Below are positions 17,343-26,544 of a stretch of 56,400 nt of DNA, piece by piece. The notes beneath the pieces are model-generated. The model did not search any database and was not told the origin of the DNA. It was given only the letters and a program-made list of their open reading frames with translations. Made by a program: the position numbers and the translations under genes. Numbering within the stretch: position 1 is the first letter of the stretch; each line of letters opens with the position of its first letter. This DNA is from a virus, in IMG/VR virus record IMGVR_UViG_3300028536_000002, positions 1-56,400 of that record; one strand, written 5' to 3'.

Positions 17343-20300
17343 CAGCCGGCCGCCGTCAGGGAGTGCAGCCGCAGCCGGGCCTTCGCTCGGCGCAGCGCCA
17401 GCTCGTCGACCGGGCCGTCGATCACGATGCCCTTGCCCCGGTCCATCGCCTCGACCATCGAGGCCACCAGGGTCTCGAAGTCGCCGCGCGCGATGCGCGC
17501 GCCCGAGGGCAGGGCGACGTCGGTGTCGGGCTCGGGCGGGTACACGATGCCGGCCGCGACCAGCGACGTCTGCTCACCGTTCGCGTCGAGCCCGACGATC
17601 GGGGAGATCCGCTTGACCGGGAAGCTGCCCTGGTTGACGGCCAGCGCCGCGACCAGCTTGCGGTTCGGTGAGCGGCCCCGCCAGTCGCCGGAGAGCTGCC
17701 CGGCGGTCATCAGCTCGTCGACCTTCTCCGAGGTGATGCCGTGCGCGAGCTGCCCGGCGACCTGGATGCCGTACTCGTCGTAGTAGGCCCGCACCGGTGC
17801 GGCGATCGAGCTGGTCGAGTCGTAGTGCTCGACCGCGCCCCGGACCCCACCGGAGCCGTAGTGGCCCCCGCCGACGGTGATCTTGCCGACCTGGATCGGG
17901 CCATCCTCGGTGATGACCTCGCCCAGGTGGAACAGCCCGAAATCATCGCCCTCCGGGACGGTGACACACATGCCGGTCTCGGCGAGCTTCGCGACGTGGC
18001 ACGTGTCGAACGCGCCGAGATGGCCGCTGACCTGCCCGGTCTCGCGGTCCACCTGGATGGCCGTCGGCCCGTCGAGGGGCTGCTGGCGGAAGAACTCGGC
18101 CCGGTACGGCTCGCCGTAGCTCGACGCCAACAGGGCGTAGTCCTGGTCGACGTTCTCGTCCGCTGCCTTGATCGAGTCGGGCATGGAGTCACCTTCTCCG
18201 AGGGTTTCGTAGGCGCCGCGCAGCGACGCCTTGGCGGATGCGATCTTGTCCGGCGGGGCATCGACGGCAGACACGCCGTGTCCGCCAGCAGCGGCGTGCA
18301 CCGCGTTGCGGTTCAGGGTGCCGTCGGGCTCGCGGATCGGGAGCTTGTGCAGATCCTTGCTGTTCGGATCCTGCCCCTGCGCCGGGTCCAGGTGGATGAT
18401 GCAGGCCCGCTTCCACTGGTCCGGGTTGTAGTCGGCCTCGGTGAAGTCGCTCCACGGCTTGTCCGAGACGGGCTCGTCGGCGAACTGCGCGGACATCGTG
18501 CCGGCCGGCGCCGGTGGTGTCTCCTCGGTGCCTGGCTTGTTCGTCGGCGTCGAGGGCGGCGGCACCAGCCGGGAGATCGGCAGGGAGATCTTCACCGGGT
18601 TGTTGACGTCGTCATCGGCGTCGTTGTCGCCGTCGGGCAGGACCGTGACGTCGACCGCCTGGCCTTCGGAGTCGATCGCGGTGATGGTGCCCGTGTCGTC
18701 ATCGCCGTCGCCGTCGGTGTCGCCGAGCCCGACCGTGTCGCCCACGGTCACCGTGGAGCCGTCCTGCAAGACGATCGAGGTGCCGTCCTCGGACAGCGTC
18801 GGCCCTTCGGGGGTGGCACCGGCGAACTCGGCGGGCATCGGCATCCCGATGTCGATCACCTCGGTGGGCTGCACCTCCGGCGCTGGGTCGTTCGCGATGC
18901 GGGCGTTGGCGAACGCCTGCACCGACACGATGGTGGCGCCGCAGAACTCCCACTCCACGGCGACCAGGTTGACGTCCTCATCGCCGTCGTACAGGGCCGG
19001 GTCGGTCGGGTTGCCGTCGGCGTCGGCGAACCCCACGGCGGTCGGGACGAGGTCCACGGAGATCATTCCCATGCCGGCGTCGACCTGGGCCATCGCCTGC
19101 TCGGCGTCGAAGTTCAGCATCGGGTCCATGTAGTCCCCGGTGCCCCACAGGACGTCGCCTCGGTCCTCGACGGTCAGGATGCGGCCGATGATGACCGACC
19201 CGTCGTGCTCGTCGTCGGAGGACTTCTGCCACGACAGGGGCAGCGGCAGTGGCCGGATCGTGCCGCCACCGGCCTTGATCATGCGGTGGTCGCTGGAGGG
19301 CATGGACAGCTCGGCGAGCGGCCCGGACCAGGTCTGCCCGACCGGGGTGAGATCCGTCGCCGGTGGGGCGCTGTCGGGGGCCGGCGCGACGACATCGGCA
19401 GGCGGGGCAGTGGGCGTGGTCACGGGTGCCTCCGTAGCGGCGGTCAAGGACTGTTCGGTCAGGTCGATCTGCTCGCCACCCCAGGCCATCACCAGACGGT
19501 CGTAGGTGACGTCTTGCCCGGCGGCGAGCTCGGGTGGCAGCGGTGTCGCGGCGTTGTAGGCCAGCGCGGTATGGGGGATCCAGATCGGGAACGTCGTCGA
19601 GGCCAGCCCGCCGATCGCGTCGGTGATGCCCTGATGGGCGCCGGCCAGCTCCTCGGACTGCACGAGCAGCACGGAGCAGGGCTCACGCTCGGGGTCGCTG
19701 GCGTTGAACACGGCGGTGGCGAACGCCTTCGCCTTGACCGGCCCCTGCCAGGCGGACGCGAGCGCCTCGGTCAGGCTGGCCTTGACGTCGTCGCTGTACT
19801 CGGTGGCGTCCTTGGCGAGGTAGCCCAGCGTGCAGTGCAGCTCCTCCGGCGCCTCACCACCGGGCTGCGCGAGCGCGGCGGCGTCGGTCTGGGACAGCAT
19901 CGCCATGATTGCGACGCCTTTCGGTGCGTCCTGCACGTCATCAGCCACGGGGGCAGTGTCGCCTGGGGCGTCCAGGGCGAAGTCGTCCAGGAAGTAGATC
20001 ACCGGCGCCGGCGCCCCTGAGCCGGCCGCGACGAGCTGGTCCTCCAGCTCGGTCGCCTGCTCGGCGACAGCCGACGGTGCGTCGGAGGGGATGTCGAAGG
20101 TGAGGGTGCAGCGGCAGTTGCACACGTTCGCTGCCGAGCCGTCACCCGGGCCGGAGATGTCCTCGCCCATGACGGTGAAGCTGTCGTTGATGCCGACGGT
20201 CTGCCCGTTCGCTTCGGCGTGCTCGGGGCGCGTCCGGCCGTCCGGGGTGGCGAGCCACGTCTTGGTGGCGGTGACCTGCGCCGAGTCGGCGAGCGCCGAC

Positions 20301-20938
20301 CAGGAGGCCAGCGCGCCCTGGTTGTTCGCCGCGACGGTCTCGGTGCGGGCGATCAGCTCGGCCCGACCTAGCCACGATGGGTACCCATCGCTGAGCATCT
20401 TCTCGACGGCCACCTGCGCGTCGTCCACGTTGGTGCCCTCGCTGGCAGCGAGCCCGTCCAGCGCGGTGCGGAGCTGCGCGGTGATCGCGTCGGGGATGTG
20501 CACCAGGATCTGTCGGCGGTCCTTGATCCATTGCGAGCGCCACGCCTGCACGGCGTTGGCTGTGGTCGGGTCGGCGAGGGCGGCGGCGGTGATCGGGCCG
20601 AGCATCGCCGAGTAGGCGGGCATGATCACCCCGTCGAGGATGGGGTGCCAGCGCTCGGGGTCGGAGATCATCAGCGTGTAGATCCGGTCGGCGTCGCGCT
20701 GGGTGAACGGCGCCTGCTGCGGCACCGGCGCCGCATCGGCGACCAGACGTGAGATCGGCCCACCGTTGATGGGCTGCGCGGCCAGATCATCTCGGAGCAG
20801 CGCGAGGTACTGGCCGATGGCGTCGGTGACCACCGGCTTGAACTTCCGCTCGCCCCGCTCGTAGCGGTCCGACGCTGAGCGGGCGAACGCGGCTTGCCGG
20901 CCGGCGTCCAGGCGCATCGGCCACGTCCTACGCGTCAT
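17342..20938 (-). CDS. MuF-like / 2H-phosphoesterase / prohead-protease fusion protein (1198 aa)
   Basis: Residues 1-285 are MuF/SPP1 gp7-like (RTETVAANNQG..DGRTRPEH..NVCNCRCTL). Residues ~340-495 carry two HxTx motifs (LHCTLGYL, IPHTALAY), indicating a 2H phosphoesterase. Residues ~535-685 are HK97 gp4-like (DDEHDGSVIIGR, MGMISVDL). Residues 735-785 form an Asp-rich linker. Residues ~930-1110 carry GHLGAFDTCHV..LSGDWRGR..LAVNQGSFP, as in actinophage capsid maturation proteases. Confidence 0.75.
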   Translation of the reverse strand: MTRRTWPMRLDAGRQAAFARSASDRYERGERKFKPVVTDAIGQYLALLRDDLAAQPINGGPISRLVADAAPVPQQAPFTQRDADRIYTLMISDPERWHPILDGVIMPAYSAMLGPITAAALADPTTANAVQAWRSQWIKDRRQILVHIPDAITAQLRTALDGLAASEGTNVDDAQVAVEKMLSDGYPSWLGRAELIARTETVAANNQGALASWSALADSAQVTATKTWLATPDGRTRPEHAEANGQTVGINDSFTVMGEDISGPGDGSAANVCNCRCTLTFDIPSDAPSAVAEQATELEDQLVAAGSGAPAPVIYFLDDFALDAPGDTAPVADDVQDAPKGVAIMAMLSQTDAAALAQPGGEAPEELHCTLGYLAKDATEYSDDVKASLTEALASAWQGPVKAKAFATAVFNASDPEREPCSVLLVQSEELAGAHQGITDAIGGLASTTFPIWIPHTALAYNAATPLPPELAAGQDVTYDRLVMAWGGEQIDLTEQSLTAATEAPVTTPTAPPADVVAPAPDSAPPATDLTPVGQTWSGPLAELSMPSSDHRMIKAGGGTIRPLPLPLSWQKSSDDEHDGSVIIGRILTVEDRGDVLWGTGDYMDPMLNFDAEQAMAQVDAGMGMISVDLVPTAVGFADADGNPTDPALYDGDEDVNLVAVEWEFCGATIVSVQAFANARIANDPAPEVQPTEVIDIGMPMPAEFAGATPEGPTLSEDGTSIVLQDGSTVTVGDTVGLGDTDGDGDDDTGTITAIDSEGQAVDVTVLPDGDNDADDDVNNPVKISLPISRLVPPPSTPTNKPGTEETPPAPAGTMSAQFADEPVSDKPWSDFTEADYNPDQWKRACIIHLDPAQGQDPNSKDLHKLPIREPDGTLNRNAVHAAAGGHGVSAVDAPPDKIASAKASLRGAYETLGEGDSMPDSIKAADENVDQDYALLASSYGEPYRAEFFRQQPLDGPTAIQVDRETGQVSGHLGAFDTCHVAKLAETGMCVTVPEGDDFGLFHLGEVITEDGPIQVGKITVGGGHYGSGGVRGAVEHYDSTSSIAAPVRAYYDEYGIQVAGQLAHGITSEKVDELMTAGQLSGDWRGRSPNRKLVAALAVNQGSFPVKRISPIVGLDANGEQTSLVAAGIVYPPEPDTDVALPSGARIARGDFETLVASMVEAMDRGKGIVIDGPVDELALRRAKARLRLHSLTAAG

Positions 20939-21290
20939 CCCAGACCTCCACCGGCGGCAGGGTGCCGAGCACGTCGATCAGCCGGGCCGGACGGTGCGAT
21001 TGGCCCATCATCAGCAGCACTCTCGTGTACTGCTCCAGCAGCGTGGCCCACGCCGTGGTGTCGACCTCCAGGTGGTGCCGCGTCGCGAGCAGCGGGCACA
21101 GCCCGAACATGTCCTTCACGATGTGGTCGATCTTCTCGACCGGCACCGGGTTGTCCTCATAGGCCCGGTGCCGCGAGTGCGGGGAAACAGCTCGGCGCCG
21201 GGCTCGGGCACCGAACGTCGAAGCCCGCTCCAGCGCCTTGAGCACGAGCAGGTCCGAACAGGCCACTAGGACTGGGTCGACGTCGCTCAC
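20928..21290 (-). CDS. Hypothetical protein between portal and MuF fusion
   Basis: 120-aa track ORF with good codon bias; overlaps both neighbours by a few nt. Confidence 0.5.
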   Translation of the reverse strand: MSDVDPVLVACSDLLVLKALERASTFGARARRRAVSPHSRHRAYEDNPVPVEKIDHIVKDMFGLCPLLATRHHLEVDTTAWATLLEQYTRVLLMMGQSHRPARLIDVLGTLPPVEVWDDA

Positions 21291-22864
21291 GGCGCACCGC
21301 TATTCGGTGCGTGGACCTGTCCTTGCGGTGCCACGGCGGGGGGTCGGGCCGGTGGCGCGTTCAACGCCGGGGTCGGGGTCGGTTCACCGCCTGCGGCCGG
21401 GTTCGGCTCGTAGGCGGGCACCGGCGCCCCGAGCCCCGTCGCGGTGATCGGCTGGATCGAGATGCCCGGGTACAGCGCGGCGATCGCGGCGGCGACCTCG
21501 GCCAGCGTCTGCGGGTTGCCTCGCTTGAGCATTTCGGTGAGCAGCATCCGGGCGCGCTCGTCGTTGTCGGCGATGTCCGACGTCGAGAAGCCCAGCACCT
21601 CCATGTAGGTCCGCTCCCGTAGCAGGCCAGCGGTGTACGCCTTCTCGGCGTTGTCGACGGTGATCTGGTTGGGCAGCAGCTTGTTCAGGTCGAAGTAGAT
21701 CGCGAACGGGCGCGGGTTGCGGCGACGTGAACGCAGAGCCGGCGCGAGGTAGTACTTGGTCAGCGCGGCTGCGACCAGCTCCAGCTTCGGCGCGATGTAC
21801 TGCTTGGCGAAGTCCTCAGTGATCGACCACTGCCCCCAGTGGTTGATATCGCCCGAGCCGGTCAGCTTCTCCGGGGGTAGGTCCATGCCGACGGCGAGGC
21901 GCAACACGCAGGCGTCGCGCAGCGGCTGGATCATCTGGTCCAGGTCGCGGCCGAACTCCATGTGCACGATCTTGGAGATCAGGTCGCCCTTGACCGTGGA
22001 CACGAGCGGCACCACGGCGCTCGCCGAGTCGGGGTCGCGGATCGGGGCGATCATGGCCTCGGTGATCAGATCGAGCCAGCCCTGCGCGCCGGCCGACTCG
22101 GACTTGACCTGCGTGTCGTCAGCGGCCGGCCCGGACGTCGGCTTCGGTAGCTGGATCTCTTCGGGGATCCATAGGATGCCGGCTGACGCGAGCCTCGACT
22201 TGACGGTGGCGCTGACCATGTTGGTGAGCGCGGCCAGCTCCCGCAGCACCGGCAGCAGCGAGCGGGTCGCCGCGTCGGCCTCCCAGCGGCGCTTCGGGTG
22301 CGGCTCCCAGATCCGGACCAGCAGCTCGTTCTCTGTGTCGATCTCGCGGGGCAGCCCGTTCATCTGCTCCACCACGATCCGTTCAGCCGACGTGGCGCTG
22401 ACCTCGGTGGTGCCCAGCACCTCCCACGTGGCCTGGTCAAGGTCCGGGTTGTCGGTGGCGAGCACCCACAGGTCGCCAGCGACGGTGAGGTGCTTGCCGA
22501 TCATCTTGAGCGCCTGGGACTGCTCGGCCGGGCCGCCGAACAGGTCGCCCATGATCTCGGCGACGTCGGTGTCCTTTGTGGGCTGGGTGCCGGGGTCGCC
22601 GGTGAGCGGGTCGATGTCGACAGCGATCAGCCTGGCCCGGGACAGCGCCCACGCCATGAGCCGCACCCCGGCGCCGAACTCGGGGCAGTTGTCGTAGTGC
22701 AGCCAGCCTTCCTGCTGCCAGTCGGTGGCGCCCCAGCGGATGTTCGAGAAGCCGGCGGTGACGCGCACGTTGACTGCGCTGGCCACCAGCGACGTCCGCG
22801 ACGGCGCCGGGTCGGTGGCGAGGGCCAGGCCAGTGCCGGCCCGGCGGGAGTACTTCTTACGCAT
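21287..22864 (-). CDS. Portal protein
   Basis: 525 aa, between terminase and MuF. WQQEGWLHYDNCPEFGAGVRLMAWALSRARL..GDLWVLATD is typical of portal N-regions. Confidence 0.75.
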   Translation of the reverse strand: MRKKYSRRAGTGLALATDPAPSRTSLVASAVNVRVTAGFSNIRWGATDWQQEGWLHYDNCPEFGAGVRLMAWALSRARLIAVDIDPLTGDPGTQPTKDTDVAEIMGDLFGGPAEQSQALKMIGKHLTVAGDLWVLATDNPDLDQATWEVLGTTEVSATSAERIVVEQMNGLPREIDTENELLVRIWEPHPKRRWEADAATRSLLPVLRELAALTNMVSATVKSRLASAGILWIPEEIQLPKPTSGPAADDTQVKSESAGAQGWLDLITEAMIAPIRDPDSASAVVPLVSTVKGDLISKIVHMEFGRDLDQMIQPLRDACVLRLAVGMDLPPEKLTGSGDINHWGQWSITEDFAKQYIAPKLELVAAALTKYYLAPALRSRRRNPRPFAIYFDLNKLLPNQITVDNAEKAYTAGLLRERTYMEVLGFSTSDIADNDERARMLLTEMLKRGNPQTLAEVAAAIAALYPGISIQPITATGLGAPVPAYEPNPAAGGEPTPTPALNAPPARPPAVAPQGQVHAPNSGAP

Positions 22865-23150
22865 CGTGATCCTCCAGCCGTGCCAGTAGTCCTGTGATGT
22901 GCGAAGCGGCCAGCGCGATCAGAGGGATCGCGATCCACCAGCGGGTCGGCCAGTTGTAGACGGCGGCGGCCACGCCAGCGCCGAGCCAGATCGAGGCGCA
23001 CCACCGGCAGTGCACCAGGTAGGTGACGCCGGGACCGGCGTGAGCCGCGAGCCACGCCCGGGGCGGGTCGGTGATCGCGTCGCGGACGACCAGGCGCGTC
23101 AGCCTCGCCGTGGCGAGCACGGAGAGCAGGACGATCAGCCAAGCCGGCAT
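22857..23150 (-). CDS. DUF1360-like membrane protein
   Basis: 97 aa with three hydrophobic helices. VHCRWCASIWLG matches the C-x-W-C-x-x-x-W signature of DUF1360. Confidence 0.55.
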   Translation of the reverse strand: MPAWLIVLLSVLATARLTRLVVRDAITDPPRAWLAAHAGPGVTYLVHCRWCASIWLGAGVAAAVYNWPTRWWIAIPLIALAASHITGLLARLEDHDA

Positions 23151-23186
23151 GGCGGCCAGTCTCCCCGAGGACGTCCAGACGTGACG

Positions 23187-23228
23187 AGGCCCCGGGTGGC
23201 CGTCTCGTGAAACGGCTGCCCGGGGCCT
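23187..23228 (-). terminator. Strong stem-loop between the terminase region and the DUF1360/portal genes
   Basis: 10-bp perfect stem AGGCCCCGGG (23187-23196) / CCCGGGGCCT (23219-23228) with a small internal hairpin; it lies in a 129-nt gap. Confidence 0.5.
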
Positions 23229-23279
23229 GGCTGTCCTCCAGCCAACCCGCGTCCTTCACGACGCAGGTCGAACGATAGC

Positions 23280-23504
23280 TCAGCCGGCTGGCGGGGGCGG
23301 CACGGCCGGGTCGTCGCGGTCCACGGCGGCCTGGAGGTCGGTGCCGACGGTGGTGATCTTGTCGCGCAGTGCGTCCAGGTCGGTCTGGCTGATGGTGCCG
23401 CCAGCGTCGAGCTTGGCCTTGAGGTCGTCCAGCGCCACGATGACGGCGCCCTCCTCGGTCACGAGGTCGTCGACAGCGGCGGTCAGTGCGGTGAGGTCGG
23501 CCAT
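23280..23504 (-). CDS. Small helical protein (74 aa)
   Basis: ATG 23504 with AAAGGAAG upstream. MADLTALTAAVDDLVTEEGAVIVALDDLKAKLDAGG... is coiled-coil-like. The longer track ORF N-terminus is junk. Confidence 0.5.
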   Translation of the reverse strand: MADLTALTAAVDDLVTEEGAVIVALDDLKAKLDAGGTISQTDLDALRDKITTVGTDLQAAVDRDDPAVPPPPAG

Positions 23505-23601
23505 GACTTGATCCAGCTTCCTTTCGATGCGTTGCGGCCACGGCACGTGACGCCGGTGCCAACGGGGGTCATCCACAGCCCAGGACGCTAGCACCGGGCG
23601 C

Positions 23602-25128
23602 TCACCGCGCGACGCGGGCACCGAACGTCGAAGGAAGCCGCGACGAGGGCTGGCCTGGGCGCCTACCGCGCCGCTCGCGGGCCGCAGCCGACGCGACCTG
23701 GGCGATGCCTGGCCCCTGCTCCCACAGGTAGGTAGCGGCCCACACGAGCGCGTCGAGACGGTCCGGGCTGTCCGGGGTCTCGTCCGGTACCCAGGTGGTG
23801 AGCTGCGCCTCCAGCACCGGGAACGGGCCGACCATGTGCAGCCGCTTCTGCATCGACAGCGCGGCCACCGGCTCGGCGCGGATCTTCTTGCCCTTCGAGG
23901 CGACGACCGGCTGGAGGTTCGGCATCGGCTCGTCGATCTCGCCCTCGGCGCGCATATTCTGCCACGTCGACTCGATGACGGTGGGGATCCACTCACCGCC
24001 TTGGTTCTTCTCATAGACCAGGGCCGTGGCGCCGATCTCGTAGTAGAGGCTGATCGCCGCGCGGGCGGCCTGGGTCGGGGTGCCGTTCAGGGACCGGTCG
24101 TGAGTGACGTAGAACTGCGGGTCTCGGCGGTGCCCGGCGTAGCCCATGCCGATGATGCCGTGCTCGTCGTGGCCGATTCCGGCCCCGCCCGAGGGGTCCA
24201 TCGCCACCACCGAGCGGTGCAGGCCGACGGCGTCCAGCGACACGACGCGGTCGCGGTCGATGACCGACTGCTGCCACAGGGCGCCCTCGACGTCCTCCAG
24301 CAGCTCACCGCCGAGCTCCTGCCGGCCGAGTGTGGTGCCGATCATCGGGGTGACCACGGCGGCCTTGTAGTCAGCGTCCAGGTTGTGCAGGTTGTCCATC
24401 GTCGACCCACGGGTCATGACGACGTCCGGGCGCTGGGTAAGCCCGGCCAGGTGGGGCTGCTCGGCGACCATGTCGTCGGGCATCTTGAGCAGCGGCACCC
24501 GGCGCGGGGTGCAGGTCAGCACCGCCCGTGGGCGGAACGCGTTGTCCCAGTCGCGGCGCGGCGGCAAGCGCATCGCGAAGTTCAGGTTGGAGAACGTGGA
24601 GTCCTTCGCGGTGCCCCGCCCGACGTCAGCCCAGTAGCTTGGCTCGTCGCCCCACGCGAAGTGGAACTGCGGGCCACGGAGCTGCCTCGGCTTCTCCGAG
24701 GAGTAGATCTTGAAATGGGTGCCGTTGGCCATGAACAGCTCACCGAGCGAGCGGTTCCATGCCGACTCGACGCGGCCCCCGCGCAGCTCGGACGGGCGCA
24801 GCACCGACAGCAGCCCCGCTTCACCCTCGACCATCGTGTCGCGGCCATCGCCGAACGTGATCGCCACCAACGCGATCCGCGCCCCCGGGTAGCGCCGCGC
24901 CCACTTGACGATCGACTCAGCACCGGTGCGGGTCTTGCCGAATCCACGTCCGGCCATGATCAGCCAGAACCGCCAGCCCCCGGCCGGCTCCTGCTGCTCG
25001 GGCCGCGACATGAGCCACCACGGCAGCGTCGGCAGCTCGGCCTGCATCTCGATCGGCAGGCGGTGAAGGAACGCGGCCTGCTGTTCCGGTGACTCCTCGG
25101 CGAGCCGCTGGAACAGCGACAGGCTCAT
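23602..25128 (-). CDS. terL: Terminase large subunit
   Basis: 508 aa with Walker A LIMAGRGFGKT, then a nuclease half (AMDPSGGAGIGHDEHGI..). ATGA overlap with TerS. Confidence 0.9.
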   Translation of the reverse strand: MSLSLFQRLAEESPEQQAAFLHRLPIEMQAELPTLPWWLMSRPEQQEPAGGWRFWLIMAGRGFGKTRTGAESIVKWARRYPGARIALVAITFGDGRDTMVEGEAGLLSVLRPSELRGGRVESAWNRSLGELFMANGTHFKIYSSEKPRQLRGPQFHFAWGDEPSYWADVGRGTAKDSTFSNLNFAMRLPPRRDWDNAFRPRAVLTCTPRRVPLLKMPDDMVAEQPHLAGLTQRPDVVMTRGSTMDNLHNLDADYKAAVVTPMIGTTLGRQELGGELLEDVEGALWQQSVIDRDRVVSLDAVGLHRSVVAMDPSGGAGIGHDEHGIIGMGYAGHRRDPQFYVTHDRSLNGTPTQAARAAISLYYEIGATALVYEKNQGGEWIPTVIESTWQNMRAEGEIDEPMPNLQPVVASKGKKIRAEPVAALSMQKRLHMVGPFPVLEAQLTTWVPDETPDSPDRLDALVWAATYLWEQGPGIAQVASAAARERRGRRPGQPSSRLPSTFGARVAR

Positions 25129-25691
25129 GCCGGCGCTTCGATGGCGCGCGGCTCCTGCCGCTCACGGAAGTCGGCCAGTGCCTGCGACAGGGCGCCCGAG
25201 GCGATCTTGAACACCTCGTCGGGGTCGGTCACGTTGGCGACCTGGACGGGGCCGCCGTCGGGGCCGGTGAACTGATGCTGCACCGGCGAGTACAGCCCGA
25301 GGTACTTGGCGCGCTGGTCCATGATCTTGATCATGCGGTCGATCGCCAGGAGGTCGCCGCGTCGGACCTGCACCCAGATCGCGGTCAGCGCCGCGTCCAG
25401 CCGCGACAGCTCCCCGGCGATGACCTCGCGGCCGGGCTCCTCGATCAGTGCCCGCAGCACCGTCATCACGTCGCGGTAGGCGCTCGCCCGGTCGTACCCG
25501 CCCGGCGCGGCCGGGTAGCGGGCCTTGACCTGCTCGGCGACCCGGTCGAAGGACAGCCCCGAGCGGCGCAGCTCCACAGCCAGCGAGCGACGCTCCAGCA
25601 GGGCGATCTCCTGCGCGGACGTAGTGCTGTTCTTCGTGGTGCGCCGGCCCCGTCGGTTGCCCGGGTTGACCGGCGTCTTGCGGGGCGGCAT
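25125..25691 (-). CDS. terS: Terminase small subunit
   Basis: ATG 25691 (188 aa). It has a basic N-terminus, an HTH-like segment (GLSFDRVAEQVKARY) and a helical oligomerisation core, directly upstream of TerL. Confidence 0.7.
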   Translation of the reverse strand: MPPRKTPVNPGNRRGRRTTKNSTTSAQEIALLERRSLAVELRRSGLSFDRVAEQVKARYPAAPGGYDRASAYRDVMTVLRALIEEPGREVIAGELSRLDAALTAIWVQVRRGDLLAIDRMIKIMDQRAKYLGLYSPVQHQFTGPDGGPVQVANVTDPDEVFKIASGALSQALADFRERQEPRAIEAPA

Positions 25692-25996
25692 CAGTGGACC
25701 GTCCGGTTCGCCTCGCGTTCCGCCTTCTTGCGGGCCTGATCGGCGAGGTAGGGCACGCAGGTCGCGAAGTGGGTGATGTACAGCCGCTCGTACGGCTTGG
25801 CCTCCTCGTCCTTGCCCAGGGCGCGGCCGACCAGTCCACCGGAGGCGTTGCGGTACACCGCGATGCGGCCCTCGTCGTTCTCCAGCACATCGACCGGCAT
25901 CGTCTTGTTCCGGGCCGTCGTGACCAGCAGGATCTGCCGGCCGCACCCGGGCCGGTTGCAGCGGCGGGCGAACCGCGCATACTGGCCCGCGCTCAC
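25691..25996 (-). CDS. Small Cys/His zinc-finger-like protein
   Basis: GTG 25996 in a GTGA overlap with the upstream stop. RRCNRPGCGRQ...THFATC gives a CxxxxC...HxxxC pattern. Confidence 0.5.
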   Translation of the reverse strand: MSAGQYARFARRCNRPGCGRQILLVTTARNKTMPVDVLENDEGRIAVYRNASGGLVGRALGKDEEAKPYERLYITHFATCVPYLADQARKKAEREANRTVH

Positions 25997-26301
25997 GACT
26001 CGTCCCGCTTCCACGCACCGGCCGAGCGCCGCGCCGCGTGGCGGACGTCCTTGACCTGGAGCATCGGCTGCTTGGGGTCGCCGGTCATCGCGGCGAGCTG
26101 CCCCGAGTGGCGGGCTTCCTGGGCGATGATCGTTGTCTCCAGGAGCTGCGCGTACAGCGCCATCCCCTCCAGCAGTTTCGGGTCAAGGTCGGCCAGCTCA
26201 GCAGCCGTGGCCTCCCCGGTGCTGTACATGGTGATGGCGTCGATGGCGTCGGTGCACAGACGTTCGGCTTGCTGTGGCGTCAGGCGTGAGGCGGCGGTCA
26301 C
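25993..26301 (-). CDS. Hypothetical protein (102 aa)
   Basis: GTG 26301 with GAGAGGAG upstream; helical; good codon bias. Confidence 0.55.
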   Translation of the reverse strand: MTAASRLTPQQAERLCTDAIDAITMYSTGEATAAELADLDPKLLEGMALYAQLLETTIIAQEARHSGQLAAMTGDPKQPMLQVKDVRHAARRSAGAWKRDES

Positions 26302-26313
26302 GGCTGGCTCCTC

Positions 26314-26544
26314 TCATCGGTGATTGCGGGCCTGGGCGAGCACGGAAGCTACGAGCGAGCGGCTGTAGCCGAAGTGGCGGGCGATCTCATCCAGCCCGAC
26401 GTTGCGTTGCAGCGACATCCGCCACATCGCCAGGCGGGCCTCGGTGGGTGACAGTTCAGCGGCGTGACCGGCGGCGGCACGCTCTACGGCTACTCGATCG
26501 ACGTGGCCATCCTCGCGGCGACGTGTGCAGCACCCTTGTGCCAT
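26314..26544 (-). CDS. Small HTH DNA-binding protein (sigma-70 region-4 / LuxR-like)
   Basis: ATG 26544 with GAAGGGGGA upstream. LSPTEARLAMWRMSLQRNVGLDEIARHFGYSRSLVASVLAQARN. Confidence 0.6.
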   Translation of the reverse strand: MAQGCCTRRREDGHVDRVAVERAAAGHAAELSPTEARLAMWRMSLQRNVGLDEIARHFGYSRSLVASVLAQARNHR

